From Octopus sinensis (Eukaryota), in NCBI RefSeq assembly GCF_006345805.1, contig NC_043005.1:102486001-102550000 (forward strand): DNA of 64,000 nt, written 5' to 3'. The translations under genes were made by a program, and so were the position numbers. This document shows, in pieces, positions 50,560 through 64,000 of the stretch (its first letter is position 1; every line of letters starts with the position of its first letter). Under the pieces are notes generated by a model. The model saw nothing but the letters and a program-made list of their open reading frames with translations. It was not told the DNA's origin and made no database searches.

Positions 50560-50791
50560 AAGACATCAAGCTGGCAGAAACGTTAGCACGCCGGGCGAAA
50601 TGCGTACCCGTATTTCGTCTGCCGTTACGTTCTGATTTCAAATTCCACCGAAGTCGACTTTGCCATTCATCCTTTCGGGGTCGATAAATTAAGTACCAGT
50701 TACGCACTGGGGTCGATATAATCGACTTAATATCTTTGTCTGTCCTTGTTTGTCCCCTCTATGCTTATCCCCTTGTGGGTAATAAAGAAAT
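50560..50791 (+). mobile_element. Full-length SINE family B with a 16-bp TSD
   Basis: ATATATACATATATCT at 50544-59 and 50792-807; collinear with 32095-32327. Confidence 0.9.
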
Positions 50792-51710
50792 ATATATACA
50801 TATATCTTGGGGAAAATATTTTGCCAACAAAAATTTCGTGTCCTTTTTTTTATTTTACTTATTATTAGCTGTCAACTAACCAACTAATAAACATATTAAC
50901 TAACAAGTTAATTCAACTAACTCCTTTTGTTGACATAAACAATAATATACATCAAATGTTGTTCCATGCCTATCATGTTGTCCTAGTAGGTAATCATATA
51001 TACGTACATTTATTCATTTATGTGTATTTGCGTTTCTGCGTGTATGTTTGTGGTTGCTTCACACAACTAAGTATTTTTATATCGTTAGAGATACGCATAC
51101 GTACGTATGTGTCTTAATACTTAACTATAAGTTCACATATGCATATTTGAATATATGCATTCTTATAAATATATGACCGTGTGTATGAACGTCTGCTCAA
51201 ATGCATACATGTTTATATATGTATATATATGATTATAGACATGTAATACATGTTTATGTATCTTTAATGTTATAAACATTTGTGCCTATGTGTGATTAAG
51301 TAAACCTGTACGTAGTAGCTTTATTCTCTTGGTATATAAATGTATAAGTCAAAATGACAGACGGTCGAAAAAATTGAAATTCAATCTTTCTAAATGAACA
51401 CAAAAGAAAGAAAAATAAAGGAAGCGACAAAACGTAACTTATATCCCGATGAATAAACACCCACGCACACATATACACTCGCTGAAACGAAGCTAACAAA
51501 ATAGCTGCTTGACTGATTATTCAAATGATTAAACAAACAATCTAGTAGTAGATTGGTTAATAAAGGGATTAATAATAATAATAAAATGAATAATAGAACC
51601 ATCGCTTCTGTTATTTATGGGCAAAAAGAAATCCTCTTATGATTCATCGTATTTCAACATCTTCACATCATAAATCAGGTAGAAGAAATAAAAGAGGGAA
51701 ATGCACACAT

Positions 51711-51748
<38 letters not shown>

Positions 51749-54700
51749 CTGTATGTGTGTTTGTGTATACGTAACTATCTCTATTTCCCTCTATCTCTCA
51801 CCACCTCACTTATATTTGTGTATGTGTTATGTATGCATATGTGTATATAAATATATATTGAGATATGTGGGGAGAGATAGAGAGAAGATGGAGATAGTTA
51901 CATATATATACACACACATATACGTGTGTATGCATTTGTGTATGTGTGTGTATATATATGTATATGTGAGTGTGCATGTGTGTGTGTGTATAAAATCAGT
52001 GAACTTGTTTTTAGTATATTGCTATACACAAGAAATCGACAATATTGCTTGGAGCGTATCAAATCTAACGACATATTGTTCACTGAAATTCAGTTATCTT
52101 ATTGCTTATAACAAACATATATGTGTTATTAAATAGAGGAAAGTGGTCTTCATTCGTTGATTAAATCCCGAAGTCAAGATTTGTTATTGTAATAAAATAT
52201 TCAAAACTATTCTATATCAATATAAAACAAGTTTCATATATTTATTCATGTATTTCTATGTATTATATTCATTGTTCACTGATGCGAATGATCTATATTT
52301 GGTGCAAGTTTCGGATGGAATTGTGTTCTGTGAATATAAAATACATTTCTGATCATATAATATTATCATTTCAATTTTTCCGACGGTAATACGATGACAT
52401 ATTTTCAATAGATTTCATCCAATCTATGGTGATATCTTTTCAGGTAAATCTTCATTTTTATTTTAGTGCTTTTACTTGATATCTGAGCATTATTTCACGG
52501 AGAAATAAACGTCTTGTGAATATCTTAATAATTAAAATTATTTGTATTTAATCGGTCATATCTGCGATCTCTCACAATATAACTAAATAAAGTAACAGAT
52601 TTATAACTTTAATTTTTTTTTCTAATCGACCGGCCAAAAACTTTTGTTATCAATATTGTTTATATTCTTCATATTACATCTTACTTTGCGAAAATCATTT
52701 ATACAAATATGTAACAATCTCAGCTCAGACATTTTAATGTACCGTGTAATACGTAACTTTTTCTTTTACATTAGTAAATAAATTTCATTCAATTTTTTTT
52801 TTATAGAACACCTCTTCCGTGCGCACATATGATAACAGAACGATAGAGATGGTTTTATTAATTCCTGTGAGTAAACCTCTGAAATACTTTTACGATATAC
52901 TTCTTCACTTAACTACTAAATCCCCATATGGCAAGTCGTATAATGGCTACAACAACGCGACTGTTCAAGCCTCTGATATAAAATCAAATCTACTTTAATT
53001 CCACGCTCTACTAATCATTGAAACATTCCTCACGCCGTTTTATTGCCATTTCTGACCATTATGTCTGCTTGAAACCTAACGAGATAACCAGAAGTTTAAC
53101 CATATCTTATTCCACTTGCCTCACATCGCTCGTAAATGTCATTTGCTTTAAGTACAACAGCGATCCTTTGTGTGTTCAATGCCTGGGTTTTAGAGTATAT
53201 CAATATTTATTAAAACATCCAATATGTGTAAATTCCGATAATATAACATTCAGTTAAAAGTAAGATACACATAGGTACGCTCACAGAGAAACATAAAATC
53301 ACACATACATATACGCTTATATAAGTACATACAAACATACACATGCTCAGCCATATCTCCGTATGTATGTATGCATGCACTTATTTACGTACGTATGTAT
53401 GTATGCACGTATGGATGTAGGTATGTATGTAGGTAGGTATGTATGTATGTACTTATATAAGTATATATATATGTGCGTGTATGTATATTTGTATGCATGT
53501 TTGTATGTATGTATGTATGTATGAATGTATCCATGTCCCTATGTATGTGCGAATCAAGAAACCCCTTTATTTTCCGCAGTTCAACAGTATAGAAAAAATT
53601 GTGTCTCCATTCTTATTTCTACTTGACCCATATTTAGGTTTTGTAATATTAAAAGTTAGTAGGGTTTTTTTCTTATGTACGCTACTTGCATGTAACATAT
53701 ATCACACAATTAAGGACGAACTGTTATAAATACAAATTTGGTGATTACGTTAACAAGCAAGATGCTAACCTAATTCCTGACTGGTTTATAAGCAGATCTT
53801 TTACACGCCAGATCTTCCAAGACACCGTTCTATTTGCTGAAAATAGAAACCATATGTCTCTTAAACCACATCTTATCAAACGTTGGTTGATATAAACCAA
53901 GTTACATGATGTCTAAAAATATTAAAACCTCGTACATTTAGACCAAGAATGGTGTTATTCAAGGTTCATTTGTGTAGGGCCAATAAAGCCATAGACAGCA
54001 ATGATAGCTACAATAACAAAAGAAGCATTTCACAGCCTATACACGTCCTACTTTTATAATGAAGGAGAAGAGCAGACTCCAGATTGAAATGTTGGTATGG
54101 TAATCTCCCATACCCACATGTGAACATGGAAGAGTACCATACGTACTTGAGGAAAAGAATGGTTAGAAGGAAAGGAATGTAATAAAAGAAAAAGAAAAGG
54201 TAAAAAGAAACAAAGGCAATAAAATTCATTCCATTTCAATCCCGTGATCAAAACCGCCTACTCTGCACGCTAATTAAACCCTTTTTTGAATGAGATCGAT
54301 AAATGCTAGAAATAACATGCTGCTACACACAGTATATTTTATTGTCACAAATGATGACATGTACATAGAGTTCTTTTCCATTACCATAAACAAGGTTCTC
54401 CACAGCTATCCCCTAACCGTTCCCCAGTTTTAATATCCCATTTTGTCCAGAGAAATACTACGATTACTTGAAAGACACTAAAATCTGTCCATTTCCAAAA
54501 GAGCAACACCTGTAACTATGCCACTTACAATTAAACCAATAGATCGCGCAACCAGGCTGTGTGATCGAACAAACATTACGTCAAACGCTTTCAACTTAGA
54601 CCCACTCTACTTTTCAGATTTATATCCCGCACTATTTTACCTTCATATCATTAACCTACTAAAAACGCTCACTCTTATACTTCGACTACATCTTTCTGTA

Positions 54701-56214
54701 ATGGAGAAAAGAACATCATAGTAATTGAAACATTTCGTTTTAACCTCTATAAGGTGATTCTGAAGGAAATGTTCTTGTCGACTAAGATCGTGTTCTTTGC
54801 GTGTAGCAGTATGTTATTTCTAGCATTTATCGATCTCATTCAAAAAAAGGGTTTAATTAGTGTGCTATCAATAAGTAGAACCGAACGACCTCATGCTACT
54901 TTCCAATATCATAAGACTCTGGAATACTTACGTTACTATAAATAGAAATGTTGTGAATAGAAAAATCACTGAATAATTTTTTTTGTATTATTCTACTGTT
55001 GTCTTTACTTTTATTTATTTTAATTTTAAATTAAATTTCTTGTTTTTGCTCCGAAGAAACATTTACATTTAGCTTTAGAAATTTATAATTAAATATAAAT
55101 CCACCTGGAACGTATTGAAATGAGCGGAAAATTACTGAATTATTAATAACATAAATACTTTTATTTTTTCTTTTAAGCATCATAATTCAGTATATTTTAT
55201 TGTCACAAATGAAGTCATGTACATATTACTGGTCTATCGCCCTCCCATTGCTAGACGTAGTCGTCGTAGAGAAAACATAATATGTATCGTATATCAGTTG
55301 AATTAAATTTCAGAATTTATAGCATTAAAGCCATTGAATATATAAATAAAATTAACAGGAAAGCCATTGATACACTCGTACAGTGTACTTTTAAAACGGA
55401 AATATATCTGATGTAACTTTAGATTATATATCAAGAGTTAAGACAAAGATACTGTCGTAAGTAGCACAGAACTGAAACTGCGTTTTCCTAAATGGAATCA
55501 GACTTTTGGTGCCTCTTCAAGACTTGTCTCCCTACTATATGAAGTTCACAATCTGAGCAGGCCGGAAGAGGTGACGTTATACATATATGTTGCACATAGT
55601 TTGGGATAACTTCTAAATATTCACGGGAAAAATGCATCGAATATCATGAGAATGACAAAGCTATGTTGCCTAGTAATGGACATTGTTAAAAATTTTTTAC
55701 GATTAGAAGATTCATTTTACAATTACAATATGTTCTGATGTGATTTTTCTGTTACATTTGATTTACAACGCGATTCCATCTTATTTCTAGAGTTTTTCCC
55801 ATGTAATTCCTTCGTTGGTCTTCCTAAAGATTACATTCCCATAATCAAATGATATCATTCTTCAGTCATCCTTAAACACAGACGCAAATTAAAGATTTTG
55901 AAAATGAAACTTATCAAAATATCAATCTCATCAATATAGAAAAACTGGTACATTTGTGGCACACCCGTTTTCCTTCTGTAAAGTTCTTTGAGAAAGTCAA
56001 TCTTTGAGGGAATTATGGACGGCAGAGGTCCATTAACTGGTACCTCATGAAATGGGCATTAAGTTAAACACTATGAATTTGTTTTATGTACTGTGACAAA
56101 GGAACCTACAGAAGTTTGTGTATTATATGGATAAATGTATTGAACGACCATGTAATCTCAGATGCACGTAAAAATGCTGCACCAGACAAGATTCTGTGTT
56201 CATATCATATCATC

Positions 56215-56218
56215 TATG

Positions 56219-56299
<81 letters not shown>

Positions 56300-56300
56300 C

Positions 56301-56339
<39 letters not shown>

Positions 56340-56340
56340 A
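56215..56340. repeat. (TATC)n-(TA)n microsatellite
   Basis: Direct observation. Confidence 0.95.
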
Positions 56341-56705
56341 TCTTTCTGTCTGTCTGTCTATCCATGCATCCATACATGCTTTTAACCATCCATCCGTCCA
56401 TCGGGCTGTCTGTCTATCTATCTGTGTATATATGTTCGCGCGCGCGTCGTGTGTGTGTGTACGGCTAATTTCCCTCTCTACTCACACATCACATAATTCT
56501 CATTTGCATTACTTCATCTAGCAAAAACGTAATCTGTAAAATACTAAATAAACCAACAACAGACCAAAGTAAACGAGAAGTCTGATGACAGTGATCAAGC
56601 GGAATCTTCGATTTTTCTATGAACAATTAGTAATAAAATTAATAGATATATGCTTCACGTTCGCAAAAGAAAATGTGCTGTTTTGTAATAAGGTAGGTAA
56701 CTATA

Positions 56706-57267
56706 TTGGGTTGTCCGGAAAGTTCATGCCGATTTTTAAAGGAAAGAAACAGGTCAATAAATACTTGCCATTACATTTTTAATCAACCAAATATGAACTA
56801 TTTTGTTGCACAATGCGTCTCCATCTTTCTTTTAACTTGAAAATAGCCTCTCCCCAGAATTCAGGTGGTTTCATGGCAAAGAATTCATCAAGGTATCTTT
56901 TTACGTCATCCAAGGAATTGAAATTTTTACCATTAAGACTATTCTGTAGAGACCTGAATAAGTGGAAATCCGAAGGAGCAATATCTGGTGAATATGGAGC
57001 GTGGGGTAACACATCCCAGCCGAGCTGCAGTAATTTTTTCTAGTTCGCAAAACATCAAGTGCCTAAAATGAACTTTCTTATCTTCCATTTTAAAGGGTTA
57101 CAAAATTAACACAGACTATAGGAACATAAAACATCTTCCACGAAAAGGTAGCTTAAACTGTGCTCTAAAGTGAGGTATAGTCAAATATTTTATGGACTCA
57201 AGCATGTTCTAAAATAAGTCGAAAAGTAAGCTACTACAAATCGGCACGAACTTTACGGACAATCCAA
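56706..57267 (-). mobile_element. Internally deleted mariner with both TIRs (562 bp)
   Basis: TA-TTGGGTTGTCCGGAAAGTTCATGCCGA / TCGGCACGAACTTTACGGACAATCCAA-TA. MEDKKVHFRHLMFCE (ATG 57088) is fused out of frame to LGWDVLPHAPYSPDIAPSDFHLFRSL. Confidence 0.92.
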
Positions 57268-57904
57268 TATTTTCAGTGTATTTTAATGTTCTATAAAGCT
57301 TTTCATTGCAGCACACGATCCTCACCGGTTATTCACCTTAAAACTTTACAGATCCCCACAAAACCACTCCATTTACTATTTAAAAAATATTTAATTAGAT
57401 ATGGAATCCCCAGTGGTTTTAAAATGTAGAAAAGTAATGAAATAGGAAGTTACCGAAAGAATTTGCTTAATATGTATTTGAATATATTTATTATACTGAA
57501 TATTTTGAATCAAGAGTATGTTGGAAACAGTTATATCTATTCCCAATTAAATAATGACAGTAACACAATGTTATTTGTAAACAAGAAATATAATTTATAT
57601 AAATTATGTATCAAAATTAGAACATTTTATGATACAATAGATTTGCGTTAATTTCTAATTATACTGTGTGGATAATAGAATATTCTGAACTTCTTATAGA
57701 ATACAAACGAGACTAACTTGAATGTTTTCAGGATAACAGGTGTGATTAGCTGGTGAAGGCTTTAGCTTGTGAATGTTGGCGTATATATCAATAAAACAGA
57801 CACACAAGATAACTATTTTCGTCGTAATCCAATCAATATACAAATAAATTTCAATAGACGTTATAGTCATGTGCTCTATGGCAATAGCAAATTTAAGGGA
57901 CCAC

Positions 57905-58135
57905 TCGCTATAACAACAATAACAAGAACAACAACAACAATAATAATAATAATAATAGCAATGACAATAATAATAATAACAATAACAATAACAATAATAA
58001 TAATAACAATAACATTAACAATAACAACAATAATAATAATAATGATCATAATAATAATAAAAATAATAATAACAACAATAATGATAATAATTATTATAAT
58101 AATAATGATGATGATGATGATGATGATAATGATGA
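57905..58135. repeat. (AAC/AAT/GAT)n microsatellite
   Basis: Direct observation. Confidence 0.95.
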
Positions 58136-58632
58136 TAGACAGTGGATGATAGACAGTGGATCTCATGGCTTCTGATCTTAACTGATTGGAAGTGTCATCA
58201 TGTACATTGTTGTATTGGTATAAAAGATGGGCTACAGCAAATATTCTGCTCAATACAACAAATTTGCTTGTCAGTTGTTTGACCTTAACCAGTTGAGCAT
58301 GTCCCTTAGTGGCTGACGATATGTGCATCTCTGATCACCAGCAGAAGTAGTGGGGGAGCATCATAGCCATGTGTTGAAAGGAATTCTTGGAGGTTTGGAT
58401 AATTCACTTTTGGAAACATGTGTGGTTCGTTCAACATCCTTACCCAATCCTTATTCAGGGATCTTTTGAGTGGGATGGGTTATTCGACCAGAAGAAAATT
58501 CTAACTAGGCCCACCTGCAGGGTCATGTGCTGTTTATCTTGATATGAGATCACCATGTCGCGCACTTATGGTTGTGATGCATGTGCCTGGTGTACCCTTA
58601 TGCGACGGGTAGTCATGATGGGCATACTGGAC
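58134..58632. mobile_element. Unclassified non-coding interspersed repeat, about 500 bp
   Basis: GC-richer island between trinucleotide arrays, with a 14-bp GATAGACAGTGGAT duplicated at the left junction. Repeat status comes from recall; only one copy is in this window. Confidence 0.45.
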
Positions 58633-58634
58633 TT

Positions 58635-58637
58635 TGT

Positions 58638-58669
<32 letters not shown>

Positions 58670-58704
58670 CATTATCCTTATTATTATTATTATAATTATT
58701 ATTA

Positions 58705-58749
<45 letters not shown>

Positions 58750-58773
58750 TATTATTATTATTATTATTATTAT

Positions 58774-58813
<40 letters not shown>
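58635..58813. repeat. (CAT/TAT/AGT)n microsatellite
   Basis: Direct observation. Confidence 0.95.
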
Positions 58814-58814
<1 letters not shown>

Positions 58815-58989
58815 TTTCTTCTTTCAACTTTGTTTCCATTTGTTGACGAATCCCTTCCCGAGTCTTATTGCAAAGAATCTCACTTCATACATCGGTATGC
58901 CATTTAACTAAACACACCAGATTGTTTATTGTTAAATGAGAAAAAAAAAACTAAAATATAGAGACAGGAATCGTTCCGACGTCGCCACC

Positions 58990-59215
58990 GCTCCTCTCAT
59001 TGTACCAATTCAAATCAATATTTTGCACTACTTGCAAGGAACATTCGCAAATCAATTTCAATTTCATTTTTGATAGTGCTCGTACTATCAGTGGTATTGT
59101 AACCGCTTTGAAATACCACAATTTTTCGATTTCAGTGAGCAAATCTTAATGTTTTCTCAGCTTCTGAAATACATTTGCCGAGATGCTATGATCACTAGCA
59201 ATACTCAAGTCGAAA
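58990..59215 (-). pseudogene. Decayed R4/Dong family A endonuclease-end relic
   Basis: LTEIEKLWYFKAVTIPLIVRAL vs LIEIEKMWHLKAVTIPVIVGAL; DNA aligns to 41780-42000. Confidence 0.8.
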
Positions 59216-60770
59216 TGATAATATTCCTCCAAGTCATTTGTTAGGAATAGCACATGAGGATTTGAAAAAGACAAAGGAAGTGACTATTCTCATGCGATGG
59301 CAAAGGTAAATTGATCTGAACTGTGCTTGCCGTTCACAGAACAAAGCTACAATACTTTATTTGGACGCTAGCTTGAAGACGAATTCAGAAGATAAAACGA
59401 CTTCCGTCAAAAGTTGTGTCCTCCGACTAAAGCGTTTTCTTTCGTTAAGCGGAAAACATAGATAAATTATGACACTGACAAAAGATGTGTCATCAGGACC
59501 TATAGCATTGGTCTTATGTAAGTGTTTCGTACCTTGCCAACGATAATTGATTGCTCAAGTTTGGAGCGACTAGTTACCTAACTATTCTATTCTTGTGTTT
59601 GCTCTAGAGAATCAGAGCAATCGAGTTATCCAGAATCCGCCGTGAAAGAAGAAAGCCAATTTACAAAACAATACATCTAGAATACGAATGGTTAAACATG
59701 GTGACTCCTATCATCCCAGAAATTTGTTTGGCAAAATAAATAAATAAATAAATAAACAAATAAGAAAATAGATAGATAAAAAAGGGAAAAGGGAGAAAAT
59801 TGAGAACTGTTTTCATTCGGAAAAAGCAGAGTTTTAGAAGATAATTTGCATAGTCGAAAGCTAATATTTCCATTTATCCATGAACATATTTTTACATATA
59901 CCATTTAATAAATTTTAAGCAAGTCTTCAAATAATTTGTTTGCTTCCTTCCACAAAAGGAAACTTTCATTTTCTCTATTATATTTAGGTATTTCTTTAAT
60001 CATTAACTTCATATTGAAGCATCATTCGTTATGTCCACCGCAAAATACATTTTCCTTTTGAAAATATTTGAGTTCGTTTTACAATTTCACTTAAGTATAG
60101 ACTTTATTAAATGACGAAGTACACTACGCAAATACATGTTTACTTGTCGATCCCAATTTATGTCGTTTTGGATCAGTTCCTTCCATCATCACTAATTATT
60201 TAATAGGTATTTAATAATTCAAAGTCGGAATCATTGAAGCCAAGTTTAGGTGAAGAACTACAACTTCCTTTTTTCTTCTGAGTAAGCTGTTAAACAATGT
60301 TTCATATGTATAAAAATTTTCATGAATGAATTTAAGTACATGAATTTACGCCATTACATATGCTAAACAACCACTTGAGATACATGTTATGCTCTGCGGC
60401 CACTTGGCAAAGTTATGAGAGAAGCAGAAAGATACATATCTTTGCAATGAGAAATCCCGTACTTTAATCATTCAGTTCATAGCAGACAGGGGTTCATAAA
60501 CGTTGTTTAGCAACAGCTGTCGGGGTTCTTAAAGCAATATACCAGTCGTGTACGGTACGATGGTAAATTCTTCTCTTTCTTGCACTTTATCGTTTTGTTT
60601 CTGACATTCTACTGGAAGAAATCGGCTTTTGAACACTCTGAGATGTTTGGTCACCGTCAAGTCTAACGCAGAACGCTTAAGTTTATATCATAGTAGCACA
60701 CCCATTCCTCTATCCAGGAATTATCTGACTAAGACAAGGCAAGGCAAGGCATCACTCTACATAGCATTTG

Positions 60771-60821
60771 TAATGAGAAACAATCTACGTAGTAGTAGTA
60801 GTAGTAGTAATGAGAAACAAT
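60771..60821. repeat. 23-bp (TAG)n insert flanked by a 14-bp direct repeat
   Basis: TAATGAGAAACAAT at 60771-84 and 60808-21 around CTACG(TAG)6. Confidence 0.8.
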
Positions 60822-61810
60822 AGGGAAATTTCGTCAAGTAACTGAATTAATATTAAAAATTGCTCCATTGTGAGTTTTTGCGCTTGGAAGCATTCATCAT
60901 ATTATATCCTTTTGGGAAATATTCAATTTCTCACGTTCATTAATCTTAAGGAATATTGTATGCGCATTAGTTGTTGAAGCTGCATGTCTAAACACAAAAG
61001 AGAGCGCTTATATTTATGATATGAATCTAAATTGCTGACAAGTAGAACATTGAATGTAGTTTTTGTAGGTAAATTTAATTTATGTGATGGGTGTCTTTGC
61101 AAACGGGTGCAGTTATTGACAAAGCATAGTACTTGAACTCGGATGAAGTATATCCAGTATTAAATTCTATCTATTAACTTTAATTGTCTTCCTTGGGTAA
61201 TACAGACCCAGTCCTTCTTCATTCCAGCATCTCCCTCCATAAATGGGAATCCAAAAGTTTACTATTATTATGAACCCACGAACTATCACGTAATGTCTCT
61301 CAAGCAATGGATATCATGTAGGACCCTTAATACGAATATAGATTATTCCTAACAGAGGTTGCATCATCTATTACGCTAACACAATTATTTTACATTTTAC
61401 AATATTAAAGTATGATAGAGACTACATTCCTTCCGTGTACGTTAATTATAATACGGCACTAACGTGCAAAAGATATCTAAATGGCTCGTCGAAACTTTAT
61501 AAATGCTAACCAACTTGCTCCAAATTTCAACTGCAACAACATTTTCAAACAAGTCATCTTGCTCAGGCTAGCCTGTAACTGAACATTGTAAACAATGAGA
61601 GCAGCAAGTATACAACATAAATTTCAAATAATTTCGAAGAATACTTAAAAGTTGATTCTACAAATAGAGTATTCATTTACAAGTTATACTGGTGTGTCTA
61701 CAAATATGAGGAATTTGGAAGATGCTTTGGAATTAAGAGATTTCAATAGTATTAGAATCATAACTGCAATTCAACTATCCTAACATACACACTCTCCCTC
61801 ACACACACGA

Positions 61811-61841
<31 letters not shown>

Positions 61842-63344
61842 TATGTTGGGTCGCACTACTCTGTGGATACAATCAATCCCCGACACATACCTATACATAT
61901 ATACATTACATACATATATATGTATACACACAAACACACATATAGATATATGAATGCATATATGTATTTGTGTATTAATATATATATATACGCACATATA
62001 TATATAGAGAGAGAGAGAAAGAGAGGGGAGAGAAGGGGAGAGAGAAGGAGAGAGAGGGGGAGGGAGGGAGAGAGAAGAGCGTTTGCTTAAAAAATGAAGG
62101 AAGGAGAACTAAATAATATTGTTTTATTACTGTCTCCAACGTGTGTAACTCAGAGACCTTCATACCTTCATACCAGAAGTCCAAAAGTTAAAACTCGTTT
62201 ACGCAAGAGAACCTTTGTTTTATATCCTATAGAATACTGTAACTGGATTCCACAGAAATTTCACATAACAAATTATTTTACGTCGATGATATTAGTCAGG
62301 TGTACTCATCAGTGATTCTGATTCACCAATATGTACGTTTAATTATGGTCAGCAGCACGAAAATTTGAAATCGTAATCCGTTCCTCACCCCCATTTCTTC
62401 TAACCGTTTGACTATTTGTATATTGAAATAGTGACAGTGTATATTATATAAAATGTATATTATAATATTCTGAGAATCAAGTAATGGTTTTCTATCGCTC
62501 GATAAATATAGGGAGTAAAAGAGAGCTTTCGGAATTCTTGTTGAAATATATGTGTCTATTCGACAAGAAATGATTCGAAATTTTGAAAGGAAATGTGCAA
62601 TACAATTAAAATTTCCTGAAATAAACTTAACTCTCGCTGGATATGATTTTATTTTAATAATTTCATTCAATAATATTTACCTATTTCTTAAAAAATAAAT
62701 GAAACAAAGTTCGTGAAAGTTCCGTATTATATTTATACATCAGCGGCATTATATACGAAAACCCAGTACAATAAAATTAGTGTGACTGCGACAAGCGTGA
62801 TAAAAGTAAATTAATAAATTTTGTTTAGAAATGTCAGTCAATAAATGTGCCTAAATTATTATTGAAATTAGAATTGAATTGTTTAATAATAACAGAAACG
62901 AAATGGGGAATATTACTTTCTCAAGAATAAAGAAGGAACGTGCAAACTCAATATCATTGGAATTAAGTTTTCAATAAATTAAGAGAAGCTGGATAATAGC
63001 CATTGTATTCCATGTCAGCATGACAATTATTACGTTTGACCCAGTGAAGTATAATTGCGTTAAATACTAATTGCAATTTCAAAAAGTTATAAACATATCA
63101 CATTAAAATAAACAATATTATATTGTTTTGTGTTTGAGTGATTTTTCTGTTTTTCATATCCTATTAAGATAAATGTTGTTCTTGAATGGGATCCGTGAAG
63201 GTAAAATATTATTGACGTAGAATTCATAATGAAAGGTGGAAATGGAATCCAATAAATTTAAATTGGCTCATTTTGGAACAAACATTATTTACTGTTGTTG
63301 CCTTCAGGTGATTTATAAATCTCAGTTAATTGTGTGAACATAGG

Positions 63345-63393
<49 letters not shown>

Positions 63394-63649
63394 ACACCTA
63401 TATGGGAAGGGAGTGCAACATAATGTAAAAGGGTTTAGCTATCTCATATAGAACACAATTCTTAAATCAAAAATATATCTATTTGCCAACAGTGTAAAAG
63501 TCATAAGGAGATGCTATCACATATGATAAAATATGTATTTATATATGTATTCATGTATGTATGTATATATGTATGTAACACGTACATACACACACGCGCA
63601 TGCAAACGCATATGGGCTCGCATATATGACAGTCTTCATTTAATTTCTG

Positions 63650-63935
63650 CCTACCAGTTCCACTCACGGCTATCTGGCAAGATTGGCGTTATAGTAGAAG
63701 ATAATTTCGAAAGGTGCCCTGCAATGGAACTGAACAGGAAATTGTGAGGTAGCAACCATCTTACCACACAAACATACATGCGTAGCTCTATGGTAAGATG
63801 CTCAACTCTCAACCACATTGTTCCGGGTTTAGTCCAAATACGCTTGAACTTGGGCAATTATCCTCTACTATAGCCTCCAACCAACCAAAGCCTTGTGTGT
63901 GGACTTGGTAAAGAAAACCTGAAAGGAGACAGTCA
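63650..63935. mobile_element. Two degenerate SINE family A heads, back to back
   Basis: Minus copy about 63650-63772 and plus copy about 63782-63935; both match the 5' half of 3624-4068. Confidence 0.65.
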
Positions 63936-64000
63936 TGTATATATAAACCCCCGCCACGTATGTACATATATACACATAAGAGGAATGACTAACAGCTTAA

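Noticed and set aside
59340-59517. Exon-like segment with TTCACAG acceptor and GTAAGT donor
   Set aside because: Stops occur in all three frames and no partner exons were found. A non-coding exon cannot be excluded without RNA data.

Overview
Strongly AT-rich, microsatellite-dense eukaryotic DNA with one 100-N scaffold gap (4363-4462). The SINE families look like those I recall from Octopus genomes (inference, not a database result). I find no host protein-coding exon; nearly every ORF in the track is a translated microsatellite or a transposon fragment. Decayed mobile DNA dominates. (i) Four Tc1/mariner families: a full-length maT DD37D, a full-length long-TIR Tc1 DD34E, and deleted copies of two mariners. 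(ii) R4/Dong-clade non-LTR retrotransposons repeatedly inserted in (TAA)n, including a 3.6-kb near-complete copy at 41.6-45.2 kb. (iii) RTE relics, three SINE families and a non-autonomous Helitron. (iv) Two near-identical local tandem duplications (3x626 bp, 2x1059 bp). The most interesting layer is invisible to the ORF track. By hand folding, about ten type I hammerhead-ribozyme (HHR) motifs or half-motifs from about seven unrelated sequence families lie in short non-coding elements, two of them as inverted pairs. One family joins a tRNA-derived head, an (AAT)n spacer and a minimal hammerhead, and is a candidate SINE/retrozyme hybrid mobilised by Penelope-like elements. None of the folds has been tested computationally or biochemically.
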